From: a virus
Taxonomy: Duplodnaviria > Caudoviricetes
IMG/VR virus record: IMGVR_UViG_3300010163_000003
Coordinates: 154,432 to 218,431 of that record
Strand: one strand, 5' to 3'
Length of the DNA stretch: 64,000 nt
Below, piece after piece: positions 19,653 through 31,183 of this stretch. The notes beneath the pieces are model-generated. The model worked only from the letters and a program-made list of their open reading frames with translations. It made no database searches and was not told the DNA's origin. Made by a program: the position numbers and the translations under genes. Numbering within the stretch: position 1 is the stretch's first letter; each line of letters begins with the position of its first letter.

Positions 19653-20771
19653 TTACTTTATCTTAATATCTTGGTCTAAAGCTACAAGTTTAACTACACG
19701 AACATTTTCTAAGCCAATAGCATCAACAAGCAATTTAGCTTTTTCTAAAGCAGCAGCTAAAGAACCAAGAGTTGTATTAACTATCCAAGGACTGGCTTCA
19801 ATGCGTTTATACACATCTTTAATGCAATATGGAGAATCACCGGAATCTTCATAGTGTCCAGGGATTTGTGCAGTCTCAATATCGTCTATAGAATAAGAAA
19901 CGTTAGAATATATTATATCTTTATTTACGCAAATATTATGCAATTCTGTTGAATAAGAATTTACAGGATAAAATTGAAGACCATCTCTGCTACTAGTCCA
20001 TGGAGAACCAGTAACTTGATACCCTGTTTTAGATGCTACGTAATCTTTATCTTTAACGCCATCAATATAAATATTACCAGTATATACTGTAAAATATGAA
20101 GTTGCAGTTCCATATTCCAACATGTATCCAACAACTCCCCAATGGCAACTCTCATGGCTAGGAACTGTTCTTAAAGCTCTTTCTGTGCAATAACCTACTT
20201 GACTTGCGATACCTTTTGTTGCAAAATCATCCAATGTACGTTCTTCTTTAATTTTAAATATTGTAGATTGATTAATAAGATCCATCACTTCTGCGCTTGT
20301 ATATTTCCCATTTGGTAGTGTCCACCGTTTCTTGAGATCAAAATACTTATTTATTTTAGAAGCCTTACAAACAACTATCCCGCCATCTTCAGGGGTGGCA
20401 GCACCTATAGTTACAAAATCTTTAGTATAGTCTCCATTTACGCCTATTTTGCTACGAATACCATACCAATTACGCACTACATATCCAAGCTCTTCACCTT
20501 GATACTTAGGATGACTTAATTTTTTAGTTCCATCATATACAAAAAGCATATCGTGCTTAGGATTTGTAGCTTGATGAGCATAAGTAATCATCTGTTGCTG
20601 TTTGTCTATTTCTTCATACATTACATTATTATCACTAGAAAATATACGATGATCTGGATCAGTATAAAATACGAATGTTGGCTCATAAGTATATGTATCG
20701 CTATTAGTTATAGGAATATCCATAGAAGTATTCATTAAACGATACAGTACTTGATATTTGGTCGTTGCCAT
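19653..20771 (-). CDS. Hypothetical virion protein, paralogue of 18941..19642
   Basis: Same shared motifs; RBS AAGGAGG. Confidence 0.5.
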   Translation of the reverse strand: MATTKYQVLYRLMNTSMDIPITNSDTYTYEPTFVFYTDPDHRIFSSDNNVMYEEIDKQQQMITYAHQATNPKHDMLFVYDGTKKLSHPKYQGEELGYVVRNWYGIRSKIGVNGDYTKDFVTIGAATPEDGGIVVCKASKINKYFDLKKRWTLPNGKYTSAEVMDLINQSTIFKIKEERTLDDFATKGIASQVGYCTERALRTVPSHESCHWGVVGYMLEYGTATSYFTVYTGNIYIDGVKDKDYVASKTGYQVTGSPWTSSRDGLQFYPVNSYSTELHNICVNKDIIYSNVSYSIDDIETAQIPGHYEDSGDSPYCIKDVYKRIEASPWIVNTTLGSLAAALEKAKLLVDAIGLENVRVVKLVALDQDIKIK

Positions 20772-20783
20772 ATATCTTCCTCC

Positions 20784-23700
20784 TTATACTTGCTTAATGG
20801 TAAGGCGCTTACCTTTCCATTTATGTTCATGATGTAAATTCCAGTACTTGATAAGATGATTGTTAACTTCGCTAACGCCTATATTGTTTTTTAAAGCTGT
20901 TTCATAAGCTCTATGTCCTTCCATATGCAAATTAGCGAAAGCAACTAATTTTTTAGCAATTTCATCTATTGGCTTGTTGCCAGCTCTTAATTTAGGATCA
21001 AAATCTATTTTTAAATCTTTGAAAGATTGATTCTCTATTCTTATATTGCCTATATAAAATTCATTGTCTTTATTGTCAATGGCTTTACGCTCTATGCGAA
21101 ATATATTTGTATCTCCTGTAAACGGAATTTGATATGTTATACAATTATGACTTCCCGTATGAGTACCTAACAGTCTACCATTTAAATAAATGTAAGTAGA
21201 CCCAATCCAGTTAATTACTGAAAAAGATATAGCTGTTTTTTTATTATTGTTAATCATAATTTCTATATAAGCATCAGAAACATTAGTATATGCTGGATTG
21301 TTACGATAACATAATAATTTAGAATCGGTTATCATACTATCATTTTTATTGCTAACTGGATTATATTCTCTTAAGTCACTAGGGATATTGCATATACCAG
21401 TAGAAAAATCTGATTTCAATGCATCATACTCAAATGATATAATATACTGAGAATTGTTTATAATAGCAGCTTCTCCATACCATCTTATCAATCTTAATAC
21501 ACGGTATGCTTGCTCTAATTTTTCTAATGGGAAATAATCATGTATCCATTCATACATATAGTCAAGCATCTTATTTACAGATTGTTGCATTGTCATAGTA
21601 GCGAAATCAAACATCTTGACTTCCCATATACGATAATAACGTAAAAACATTACATGTATTATACTTGTTTCTATGCCCCAATAGTTTTGCCATCTAACTG
21701 CCGAATCATCATATACTTTACCAAGATTTTCATAATCTATAAAAGGGAAATCAGGATTGTAAGTTTTATGACTAGGAGAAGGATGTCTTATAGGGTATTT
21801 AGCAATCCATACATTTTCGCTTACTTCCCTTACAGGATTACGAGGACGTAATTGTTCTCTATCGAAAATAAGCTCTTCAAAATTCTCATATTTAGTATCT
21901 ATTTCAGGAAGAAGTAATTCATCAATACCAAACGTATCTCCTTCAAATGGATCTGGAGATTCATATACCCATGCCCATTTTCCTAAATCGCTTTTTGGCA
22001 GCATAACCTCTTTTTTAATAGCATCTAGTCTAGCTAAATCATTTGCGAGTTGCGATTCATACATGACCCTAGTTGGGAATATATGATATTCGTACCATGC
22101 TTCTAAATTTAATCTAGTTTGAAGAGTTACATTAGGCATTAGAAAAGCTTCTTTATTTATAACAACACCTTTAAATTGAGAATCATAAATACTAGTATTG
22201 GTATCTACATTACGCTCAACCCACTCTCCATAAGTATAATAACATAAATACGGCAATTTATCTACCCAAAAATCATCAAATATAGAAACCTGTAAAATTT
22301 TTTCATGTCCAAATGGAATAGTTTCTTCAATCATTAATTTATGATGAGATTTCGTCAATCCAATAAAATTATTTTCTTGGATAAATGCTTGATAAGAAGA
22401 CTTATTTGCTCCAATAGAATTATTTTCTTGAATGAATGCTTCATGATTTAATTTGTATATGCCCAATAAATTATTATTTGATATAATTTTATGCTGTTCT
22501 TTAATTAATCCAATAATACCATTACCTACAATGGCATTACGCACTAAAGATTTAGTCAAAAATCCATTGTTGTAATCAATAAAGGCATTATATGGTTCTT
22601 TATCCAAATCAAATGATTCATTAAGCATGGCTGGCTTTTTAGATAATACACTTCCAATTAATTCACTGGACAGTAATGATTGATGAGCTTTCTTGACACA
22701 AAATTCATCAATATAATCAATAAGTGCTTCTTTGCGTATTTTTGATACAGGAACAATAAATCCACCAATATCTTCCCATATTGGACCTTTATTAAAATGT
22801 TGCACAATAAGATGCTTAGCTATTTTAACACCAGTGTTCATGTTATTGACAAGAGACATGTCATGTTGAAGTTTGATACCACGAACGTCATGATTTTGAA
22901 CATAAATATCGTGCGGCAAATGGATAACTTGATAGCTAGAATGTATAGATAAATTATGAAAATGATATGCATCTAATATATCTGGCATCATGATATGCAA
23001 TGGTTTATATTTACCGCCATTAAGTTCATATAAATTTAAATTTAAATCATGTGGAATTTTATCACCACTAAATTCATGGGTGTTCAAATATAAATCATGG
23101 GGAATTTTGTTGCCATTAAGTTCATATAAATTTAAATTTAAATCATGTGCATCCTTGGTTATTCCTATTAATGAATCATCTAAAGTTACGCTTTTATAAT
23201 AAGTTAATCCAATTTGTGTATCTTGCCAAAAACTTATATCTTTTTTATTTTTGTCTAATGTCCATTCTAATATAGTAATCAAATCCATTGTTTTGGATAC
23301 TATAGTTCCAACAAGTTTATCGCTAACAGTAAAATCCTTTTTATTTATATCGACATTAATTAAATTGAAATCAAATAAATCAAGATATTTAGCATTTAAA
23401 GTTGGATATATAACACGTAAATCTATAATTTGCAAATTTTTAGAACTTACGCTAGGCATTATAGTTTTAATATCTATAATACTTAACAACTTATTTGCAT
23501 CAGAGCTTAAGAAAAATATATTGGGAGTTATTGTATCTTTTGGCTTTACATTTAAACTAACATATCCTATGTCCACAGTTCCAGGACAAAGTTTTCGTAT
23601 CATCATACTAAACTTATTATATTCTATCATAAGATGCTTTAAGATTTGATTTAAAAAGGCATTTGAATGATCGAATATATCCCAATGCTTATTTTTCTTA

Positions 23701-25343
23701 TCTAAAGGATATATCTGATAATAAGAAGTTGCACCTGTATTGTTAGTATTTTTACAAAGAAATATTCCCTGTGTTGTTCTTATCTCTTCAATTGACGTTT
23801 TAGTGTCAAAAATATTGTCATCTTTACTTACGTCTTTATTTTTAGCATAAAGTGATCGACATTGATTAGTTATTGTTTTGTAAATATTTTTATATAATTG
23901 TACATAAGGAAATTCTACTGGAATTTTATTTGTAACTGTCATGGAATACAAGCTAAACAAGTTACATATATTAATATTCTCATAATATCTCTCAATAGGA
24001 TACTCAATTATATGTTTGCTAGGAAGAGATATACGATATAACTGATATACATTAGCTACATAATCTTTTTTTAACATAGGTAATTTACAGAACATATTGC
24101 AAATATTATCGCTAGAAATAATATTTATGAACATATTATCGTTAGCTATCATATCTTGATGTAAAAATTCCTGCATAGTATTTAAAGATACAGTTTTATC
24201 AGATTGAAATATCGAATGCATGTTATTAATATAGGTTATATACTTATTTTTTAAAGCATTAATATTTTCGTAAATATTAAGAAATAAAGTGCTATATATA
24301 TTTGCAATAGTTATATTGTTGTATATTTTAAGATAATTTTCATTAGGAGTAACTATAACTTCGTCAAATTTTGAAGATTTAGTATCGACACTACATAAAT
24401 CATTTGAAAGAAAATAATATGCCTCATCATTATTTATGGCCTTAGCTATACAGTCTTTTATGTCAAAAGCTTCATCAACACGTAAAGCAGACATGTCTAA
24501 ATCAGTGAAAGATTTTTTAAATATATATGGATATGCTAAAAAAATAGCATTAGTAACAAATATTCTATTGAACCTAAATGACATTAATTCATTTGTTGTA
24601 TATGATAATTTATTATTGTTAACCCTAAAAGATAGTAATTCATGTGAAATTAAATAATGTAAGCGATCATATCTACATGAAAATATGTCACTATATAAAA
24701 ACATTTGGTCATCTCTAGCCAAAAACAAACTATTGAATAAAAAACCATTATCACTATTATCTTTAAATAATGATTCTTCGTTTCTATCTATAAATAACTT
24801 ATTATATTTACTTAAAAGTTGTTCTTTTGTTATAGTATCTATATGCCATTTTATATCGTATCTATATGTCATTATACCATCAAAATAGAATGATTCAAAA
24901 TTTTTGTATGTACTAATTTCATGTTTATAATATTTACTGCAATTATTATCATTTATCCTATCTAAATATAATTGCCAAATATCAATTAATATATGATGAG
25001 AAGATTTAAATATATCAATATATACATTATATGATATAGGTTTTTTATGTTTATTAATGTTATAAGAATCATGTGCATTAATTTTTTTAACTTTATCTAT
25101 ATAAATATTGTTATCATGCTTTATTGTATCATATGATACCTTATCCACAAATAAATCATATATGTAAGCTCCTGCTGCCACCTTAGTGATAGCAACAGGA
25201 GCATTAAACATATCAAGGTCAAAGGGGGCAGTATTTCTTTGATAACTTAATGAATATCTTTTTATATTTTTTGAATCATATTGGAACATGTGTGTAATTT
25301 GAACATGATAATAATTTTGATATTCAAAAGACAATACTCCCAT
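20784..25343 (-). CDS. Large (1519 aa) repetitive putative structural protein
   Basis: Long very AT-rich ORF with degenerate ~14-17 aa periodicity and more globular C-terminus. Confidence 0.5.
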   Translation of the reverse strand: MGVLSFEYQNYYHVQITHMFQYDSKNIKRYSLSYQRNTAPFDLDMFNAPVAITKVAAGAYIYDLFVDKVSYDTIKHDNNIYIDKVKKINAHDSYNINKHKKPISYNVYIDIFKSSHHILIDIWQLYLDRINDNNCSKYYKHEISTYKNFESFYFDGIMTYRYDIKWHIDTITKEQLLSKYNKLFIDRNEESLFKDNSDNGFLFNSLFLARDDQMFLYSDIFSCRYDRLHYLISHELLSFRVNNNKLSYTTNELMSFRFNRIFVTNAIFLAYPYIFKKSFTDLDMSALRVDEAFDIKDCIAKAINNDEAYYFLSNDLCSVDTKSSKFDEVIVTPNENYLKIYNNITIANIYSTLFLNIYENINALKNKYITYINNMHSIFQSDKTVSLNTMQEFLHQDMIANDNMFINIISSDNICNMFCKLPMLKKDYVANVYQLYRISLPSKHIIEYPIERYYENINICNLFSLYSMTVTNKIPVEFPYVQLYKNIYKTITNQCRSLYAKNKDVSKDDNIFDTKTSIEEIRTTQGIFLCKNTNNTGATSYYQIYPLDKKNKHWDIFDHSNAFLNQILKHLMIEYNKFSMMIRKLCPGTVDIGYVSLNVKPKDTITPNIFFLSSDANKLLSIIDIKTIMPSVSSKNLQIIDLRVIYPTLNAKYLDLFDFNLINVDINKKDFTVSDKLVGTIVSKTMDLITILEWTLDKNKKDISFWQDTQIGLTYYKSVTLDDSLIGITKDAHDLNLNLYELNGNKIPHDLYLNTHEFSGDKIPHDLNLNLYELNGGKYKPLHIMMPDILDAYHFHNLSIHSSYQVIHLPHDIYVQNHDVRGIKLQHDMSLVNNMNTGVKIAKHLIVQHFNKGPIWEDIGGFIVPVSKIRKEALIDYIDEFCVKKAHQSLLSSELIGSVLSKKPAMLNESFDLDKEPYNAFIDYNNGFLTKSLVRNAIVGNGIIGLIKEQHKIISNNNLLGIYKLNHEAFIQENNSIGANKSSYQAFIQENNFIGLTKSHHKLMIEETIPFGHEKILQVSIFDDFWVDKLPYLCYYTYGEWVERNVDTNTSIYDSQFKGVVINKEAFLMPNVTLQTRLNLEAWYEYHIFPTRVMYESQLANDLARLDAIKKEVMLPKSDLGKWAWVYESPDPFEGDTFGIDELLLPEIDTKYENFEELIFDREQLRPRNPVREVSENVWIAKYPIRHPSPSHKTYNPDFPFIDYENLGKVYDDSAVRWQNYWGIETSIIHVMFLRYYRIWEVKMFDFATMTMQQSVNKMLDYMYEWIHDYFPLEKLEQAYRVLRLIRWYGEAAIINNSQYIISFEYDALKSDFSTGICNIPSDLREYNPVSNKNDSMITDSKLLCYRNNPAYTNVSDAYIEIMINNNKKTAISFSVINWIGSTYIYLNGRLLGTHTGSHNCITYQIPFTGDTNIFRIERKAIDNKDNEFYIGNIRIENQSFKDLKIDFDPKLRAGNKPIDEIAKKLVAFANLHMEGHRAYETALKNNIGVSEVNNHLIKYWNLHHEHKWKGKRLTIKQV
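23016..23149. repeat. Intragenic 48-bp-period tandem repeat
   Basis: The 38-bp sequence GCCATTAAGTTCATATAAATTTAAATTTAAATCATGTG is identical at 23016 and 23112, with a diverged unit between. It encodes three HDLxLNxxExxG repeats. Confidence 0.85.
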
Positions 25344-25357
25344 ACTTTATACCTTCT

Positions 25358-26980
25358 TTACTTAGCTTCAAATAGACAATAACAATTGGTAGCAGCATCA
25401 TCTTTAGAGCTACATGGGAATGTAAACTGAATCCTAGAGCCAAACCTAAATTTCCTTCTAGCAGGATCTACACCAGCAGCATACATACGACTATAATACA
25501 TATGAAATTCGTCAAATGCTTCTTCACGACTAGATGTTATGTCATACGTATCTTTTACAAAGATTGTATTGGCACTTTCAGCAGTATTTAGCTCTCCAAC
25601 AGACTCATATGGAATATCATTATTAGTAGAATCAGGTTCTAATTCAAACAATGAATTTTGAATAGTGCCACTATTTACTAACATACCTGAATCAATATAT
25701 AATGCTGGTATTGCCACTTTAGAAAGCATATAAGAACTATACATTCTAAATGTAATATATTCTACAATAGAAGACTGATCTGTTATTGAATTTGGTACGC
25801 CGCTATTGCTCTTGCTAAAATCGTATGGAGATTGTGTATCAATATATTTATTATCGGGTGTTTCAGTATATATTTTCATTTGCTTAACAAATTCATCAAG
25901 TACTTCTGTACGGCTTAAGTCACTACTTAATGTAGCGCATTTAAGCTCAATAGTTTTAGTTAAATCGCTACCTTCAAGAGAAAATGTTGCAGTAAGTGTA
26001 ATTCCGCCCATAGCAATTGTCCTGCCTATTAATGCATCACCTAAAAGCCAGCATGTTCCAACAGATTTATACGTATCTAATAGTTTACATGCTTTGCTAT
26101 AGTCAGGGGTAAATACGTCACCAGACCTAATATTTTTGGAAGTATTCGTTTCCAATGCTATACGTGATTCAACTCCGAAAGTGCTTACTTCTTTAGTGTA
26201 ATCTCTAGTATAGAATTTATTGATATTCTTAATTTCACTTTGCATGTCATCTTTAATTTCCCATGTAACTTGAACTGGTTTAGCCGAAATAGCTTTAATG
26301 TCTTCACCATATACTTCAGAAATTAAATTAAGAGGAGCATGTATTTGCATGTTTCCAAATTCTTTACTTGTGCCATATGTAGCTTTATTAAATCCAGCAT
26401 TGACGGTACTAATGCCAGTACGACCATTAACTTTATAAATTCGACTCCACAAAGCTTCTGCATTAATTGGAGTTGCAAGATTAAGAACCTCTTCAGCAGT
26501 TGCACTTTTAATCGTAACATCTAATGTCTTTTTTACGTATTCATCGCCATAACTAGCATTAATTTCGACTTTTCCAGACACATTTTCATCGCTAGTTCCA
26601 GATATACCGTATTTAGGTCTGCTTATAATCTTTCCCTCTGGATTTAAATAATCAGATAAAGGAGCTTGCCCTTCAAGATCGATAATTGTATATTTAAGCT
26701 TTACTTCTGCAATTTCTGGATAAGAATCAAGATTCGTATCAAAACCCTTATCAGGAAAAGCCATATCTTCTGTAAGTTCAGATATATTGTTCTTTTCGAT
26801 TAGATTCTTTGAATTTTCACATGCTATACGACAAAGCTCAAATGCACTTTTTGCTCTTTTTTTAACAAGTACAGGAAAGTCTTTTTGACCATAAGACTTT
26901 CCAGAAGGAGAAACTATTCTTGCCCTTAATATACAGCCAGAATCTTTCTCTTTTTGTGTTACTAAGCCTACAAAAGCCAT
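25358..26980 (-). CDS. Putative structural protein with Ig-like domains
   Basis: LNPEGKIISRP...VEINASYG...KKTLDVTIK and ITLTATFSLEG..TKTIEL resemble atrophied Ig domains; RBS AAGGAGG. Confidence 0.45.
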   Translation of the reverse strand: MAFVGLVTQKEKDSGCILRARIVSPSGKSYGQKDFPVLVKKRAKSAFELCRIACENSKNLIEKNNISELTEDMAFPDKGFDTNLDSYPEIAEVKLKYTIIDLEGQAPLSDYLNPEGKIISRPKYGISGTSDENVSGKVEINASYGDEYVKKTLDVTIKSATAEEVLNLATPINAEALWSRIYKVNGRTGISTVNAGFNKATYGTSKEFGNMQIHAPLNLISEVYGEDIKAISAKPVQVTWEIKDDMQSEIKNINKFYTRDYTKEVSTFGVESRIALETNTSKNIRSGDVFTPDYSKACKLLDTYKSVGTCWLLGDALIGRTIAMGGITLTATFSLEGSDLTKTIELKCATLSSDLSRTEVLDEFVKQMKIYTETPDNKYIDTQSPYDFSKSNSGVPNSITDQSSIVEYITFRMYSSYMLSKVAIPALYIDSGMLVNSGTIQNSLFELEPDSTNNDIPYESVGELNTAESANTIFVKDTYDITSSREEAFDEFHMYYSRMYAAGVDPARRKFRFGSRIQFTFPCSSKDDAATNCYCLFEAK

Positions 26981-26998
26981 ATATAATCCTCCTTTTTC

Positions 26999-27027
26999 GC
27001 ACCCTCCATCTGTTAAATGGAGGGTGC
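26999..27027. other. Intergenic 11-bp perfect hairpin
   Basis: GCACCCTCCAT-N7-ATGGAGGGTGC directly before the RBS of 25358..26980. No U-tract on the minus strand, so a processing or stabilising role is more likely than termination. Confidence 0.5.
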
Positions 27028-27036
27028 ATTATTATA

Positions 27037-30000
27037 TTACGGCGTAGTCACGGGTTCAAATATTACATTCATTCTTTTGTTTCTATCAAGAGATACATCA
27101 ATACCTTGCATAGTTACGCCTTCTCCTACTGTAATGTTAGACAATGTAGTAATTTCATCAATTTCAATACCAGTATCAGAATCTACAATGGTAGCCTTTT
27201 TAAATGCGTATCCGCTATCTGCTAAAATACCAACATGAGCTGTAGAATCATATGGCAATATAGCGTTTATATAAGTATTATGACCATCAACTTTATTCAA
27301 CGAATACGTACCCTTACCGCCTTCTGTAGTAATACTGAACGTACAAGGATAACGCAATAATGCATTTTTAGATTCTGTAGTATTTGCTTTATTTAATGGA
27401 ATACAGGCATATTGTAAAATAGAATAAGTAGGTACAGTAGCTTCAGAAGCAGGCATATCTGCTGTTGCAGGAATAACAGGTATCTGAGTATAGTCAATAT
27501 CATACAAAATAAGGTATTTGTCTGGATGTGCTCCAACAAGTCTTATTGGCGTATCAGGATCTAATGGGGCGTTAAGTTCGCCAATAACGCTTACAAATGG
27601 CATATCTTCAATATTATATTCAAATGTTACACTATTATCATGCATAGAACCATCTTTGGCCTTTAAGCCGTCATTAATACATGCTTTAATTTTAGCGTTA
27701 CGGCCTATTGATGGAATTTCAGTATCAGATATTCCATATGCGAATGTTTGATCTGATGGCCCATCTGTAATAATATTAAATCCAGCAAGTCTTATATAAC
27801 AAGCGTCTGTGCTGCTTGGATAGTCGCTTTCAGACTCTTCTTTGGACATTGGTGTAACAATTATTCCTTCTACTGGAGTTATAGTATCAAGAACTTCTTC
27901 GCCGTCTACTTCTATGAAACTACCTTGATATTCTTTAGTGTTCTTTACGGCAAGACGTAATGGAGTTTCATCATCTGGACGTTTGTTTGTTTTTACATCA
28001 TACCATACTGAGCCAGACTTCAGTTCCCAGTTTACAGTACAACCATTTGCCGTAACATTAAGTAACTTATCTGGGCCAATGTCTTTAGTTACTGGCACAA
28101 AGTTAGCAGCAATAGTATCAAGTTGCTGACCAGCAATCTGAAGAATCTTATTTTCATCGGTATAAACAGGTTCACGCTCTTCTTTTTTTATAGCAAATCC
28201 ATAAAGAGAGTTAGGCGAATCACTTAATGGGCTGTAAGGAGCTGTAATTGGGAAGTATACGAATGTTTCTTCATATTGTTCGTCATCTTTTTCAAAGTCT
28301 TTATTAATGACAAGTTCATCCATGGCATACAAAGAGTTACTATCTATTACAAGCAAATCGCTTAAAATACCACGAGGACCATCATTACTGTGTGTTACTT
28401 TAATGCGGTCAGCATAATATTCTCCAGTATAACTAGATTTGCCATACATGACCTTGCTCATATACTCTTCTGTGGTAGCATACAGCATATGATGCTTCTG
28501 ATAATATGCTTTAGACCGCGTGTGATACATAGAAATAGATGTTACACCATCAGAAGTATTTACACCATAATCTTTTACTTTTTCAACATTAACAATGTTG
28601 CCAAATACATCACGCACAACGCCACTATTCAATACATATTTTTCTTTATAATATCCAAAAGTAACATAAATAGTATATGTACTATCACAATATGCATATT
28701 TAGTGTCAATAGTAAGCTCTAATAAATCAGATTTTCCACTAGCAATAACGAAATTACGTTTAAATGCTGCCAAACAAGGGCTAATTGGCATTCCTTGTTC
28801 ATTAACAATAACATAGCGTGGCCATTCTGTACGATCAAAATATGTTTTGTCGGACAACTGAATGTAATACACTTGAGCAGTGCCAGTTTGAGCAGGAACA
28901 CATGGAGAATGCCATGGGCATGATTTTTTAAACTGTTCTAACTTACTAGTATCATAATTATTATTTTTAAGCATATCCTCAGTAAGTTCATAATGAATAA
29001 GAGGATATGGACTTTCTTCCATAGTAAGAGTGGTATCACATGGTTCAGTACTGGAAGAAGTAAATAATGCAAAGTTACCGGCAGTATCATTTATGAAACC
29101 AGAATCATCTTTTTTGGGTCTTTCAAAAGAATCTATTCTGCCACAATAACACGCAGAAATTAAATGACGATCACGCTCATAATCCATGGATGGGTTGCCC
29201 ATAACGATTAACGAAAATCTATCATTATTAGTATTAATCCAATAACGAATCTTAGTATCTGCATTAAGTCCAACGGTTTCAAGAGGAACATATAGAGTAC
29301 CATCATGAATGTTATTAGTAGCAATATCAGAATCGATTGTATCAACCATTACTTCTTCAAAGTCTTGATACCAAGAAAGTTTAGACCATGGAGAAATATG
29401 AGAATTAATCTTTATTACTTCACCATTAGAGTTATACACGTTTTCTTTAGGGCCAGTATGTTCATCATTTATATGGTCAAACATACGCATTAAAACGTAG
29501 TGGTTATTTAATAAAGTAGTCCTATCAAAAATAGTATCATCAGAAGAATGTTCGTAATTATAACGAATTACTAACACGCCATCGGTACTAGCCTCAAATA
29601 CGATTTCCTTATCAAAGTAAATTGTATTACCGTCTGTATGAAAAGAATCACTACTAATAGGAATATAGATACCATCTAATGAAAGTTCAGGAATCAAACG
29701 ATCCAATGGTTTATGGGCAACATTATAGCTACTACCTTGAGGTATTGTATAAATTGTAAGACTCTTTACGCTTTCAAAAATCATCGTATATACATTAGCT
29801 TCACGCATAATTTCTACTCGTACAGAGTTTAATGCTGTATATTCTTTAGGTTCTATGCCTTCAGAATTTATATAATTCAGTAATAAATTATATAAATCAG
29901 AATCATTTTGTTTAATCTTAGTTAAGTATGCTGAATTAATTTCAAAATTGGTCGAAGTACCACTTTGTGATGGGACAGCACATCTTGTATCACCAAAGAT

Positions 30001-30636
30001 ATTATTAAACTTAGAAACATATTTATCGCATTCGTCATATGTCATATCTTTAGAACCAACAGAAGTATCATCACAATGTTCTACCTTACAAATTTCATTT
30101 GTATAGATAGGTTCTTCTACTGCAACAGTTACTTCATATGGAGCTTGATACATTTCCTTAGTGATAAGCTTAGGAATAATACCTTTACGTTCGCAATCAA
30201 GAGGATATTGCTCTGGATCAGCCAAATAAGTAGGATGATAAATTTCTAAATACATTGTTAATGATGTTTTATTGGTATCATTATCTATAGTTAAATCATC
30301 TACATTATCTACTTCAATATCTTTAGGAGTAGTAGTAGTTTTTAATATAACAGTATCAGTAATCTTATTTACCTGATCTTCAATTTTCTTTACATACTCT
30401 TCAGTAGTAAGATTATCTAAGTCATAAGTATCTCCAGGAGCAGGATAAACAATGTCCCAGTTCTTATTGCGGATAACGGAAGGTTCACCAATAACTTTAC
30501 CGTCAAGATCATATACTGCTTTTGTCTTAACACCAAGCGCTAATACTTTAGCAATTTCTTTTGGGAAATCTCCAGACGAACACAAACCTTCATAATATCT
30601 AAAAATTCTGTATTCGCCGCTAACATTTGCAGCCAT
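27037..30636 (-). CDS. Large (1199 aa) virion structural protein
   Basis: Long ORF with strong RBS AAGGAGG within the head-proximal structural cluster; Ig-like C-terminus. Confidence 0.55.
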   Translation of the reverse strand: MAANVSGEYRIFRYYEGLCSSGDFPKEIAKVLALGVKTKAVYDLDGKVIGEPSVIRNKNWDIVYPAPGDTYDLDNLTTEEYVKKIEDQVNKITDTVILKTTTTPKDIEVDNVDDLTIDNDTNKTSLTMYLEIYHPTYLADPEQYPLDCERKGIIPKLITKEMYQAPYEVTVAVEEPIYTNEICKVEHCDDTSVGSKDMTYDECDKYVSKFNNIFGDTRCAVPSQSGTSTNFEINSAYLTKIKQNDSDLYNLLLNYINSEGIEPKEYTALNSVRVEIMREANVYTMIFESVKSLTIYTIPQGSSYNVAHKPLDRLIPELSLDGIYIPISSDSFHTDGNTIYFDKEIVFEASTDGVLVIRYNYEHSSDDTIFDRTTLLNNHYVLMRMFDHINDEHTGPKENVYNSNGEVIKINSHISPWSKLSWYQDFEEVMVDTIDSDIATNNIHDGTLYVPLETVGLNADTKIRYWINTNNDRFSLIVMGNPSMDYERDRHLISACYCGRIDSFERPKKDDSGFINDTAGNFALFTSSSTEPCDTTLTMEESPYPLIHYELTEDMLKNNNYDTSKLEQFKKSCPWHSPCVPAQTGTAQVYYIQLSDKTYFDRTEWPRYVIVNEQGMPISPCLAAFKRNFVIASGKSDLLELTIDTKYAYCDSTYTIYVTFGYYKEKYVLNSGVVRDVFGNIVNVEKVKDYGVNTSDGVTSISMYHTRSKAYYQKHHMLYATTEEYMSKVMYGKSSYTGEYYADRIKVTHSNDGPRGILSDLLVIDSNSLYAMDELVINKDFEKDDEQYEETFVYFPITAPYSPLSDSPNSLYGFAIKKEEREPVYTDENKILQIAGQQLDTIAANFVPVTKDIGPDKLLNVTANGCTVNWELKSGSVWYDVKTNKRPDDETPLRLAVKNTKEYQGSFIEVDGEEVLDTITPVEGIIVTPMSKEESESDYPSSTDACYIRLAGFNIITDGPSDQTFAYGISDTEIPSIGRNAKIKACINDGLKAKDGSMHDNSVTFEYNIEDMPFVSVIGELNAPLDPDTPIRLVGAHPDKYLILYDIDYTQIPVIPATADMPASEATVPTYSILQYACIPLNKANTTESKNALLRYPCTFSITTEGGKGTYSLNKVDGHNTYINAILPYDSTAHVGILADSGYAFKKATIVDSDTGIEIDEITTLSNITVGEGVTMQGIDVSLDRNKRMNVIFEPVTTP

Positions 30637-30669
30637 TATGTTACCTCCTTATAGATTTAATAGTACATT

Positions 30670-31179
30670 CTATTCTAGTAAAACGGTAGGCTGAAGTGGA
30701 ACATCAGGATCATACCCGAGAAGAGGTAAATCTTCAATAGATGTTTCTTTCTTAGGTTCTCGTAGAAATCTCATGCCAAACCATATCTTTTTAGAAGTTC
30801 CACTCATATTAATGAATTTTACTTTTATTTGAGATTGAGGAGGTAGCACATAAACATAAGTAGATGTTCCTATATACAAACCTTCTTTAACCTCAGTTGG
30901 GAACCATGTATCAAACCAAAGTTCATCATTAACCCATATATTATAATAATCATTTTCTCCATAGCCACTGCAAGTAACAACAAATGAAAGAAATTCTATT
31001 TCCTCATCTGGAGTTGTGTAGTCTAAATCGTATACGCCAGCAATACTAGGAACGTTCATCATAAGCATTTTATTCCATGGTTGAGTAAGGTAAGCAAAGT
31101 TTCTTATTCTATCAACATATTTAACTTTACGAACTGTATTTAAGTCACCATCAGCTACATATACAACATGAAAGCCCAT
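30670..31179 (-). CDS. Hypothetical structural protein
   Basis: RBS GGAGGGTG; beta-rich 169 aa in the structural operon. Confidence 0.5.
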   Translation of the reverse strand: MGFHVVYVADGDLNTVRKVKYVDRIRNFAYLTQPWNKMLMMNVPSIAGVYDLDYTTPDEEIEFLSFVVTCSGYGENDYYNIWVNDELWFDTWFPTEVKEGLYIGTSTYVYVLPPQSQIKVKFINMSGTSKKIWFGMRFLREPKKETSIEDLPLLGYDPDVPLQPTVLLE

Positions 31180-31183
31180 TTAA

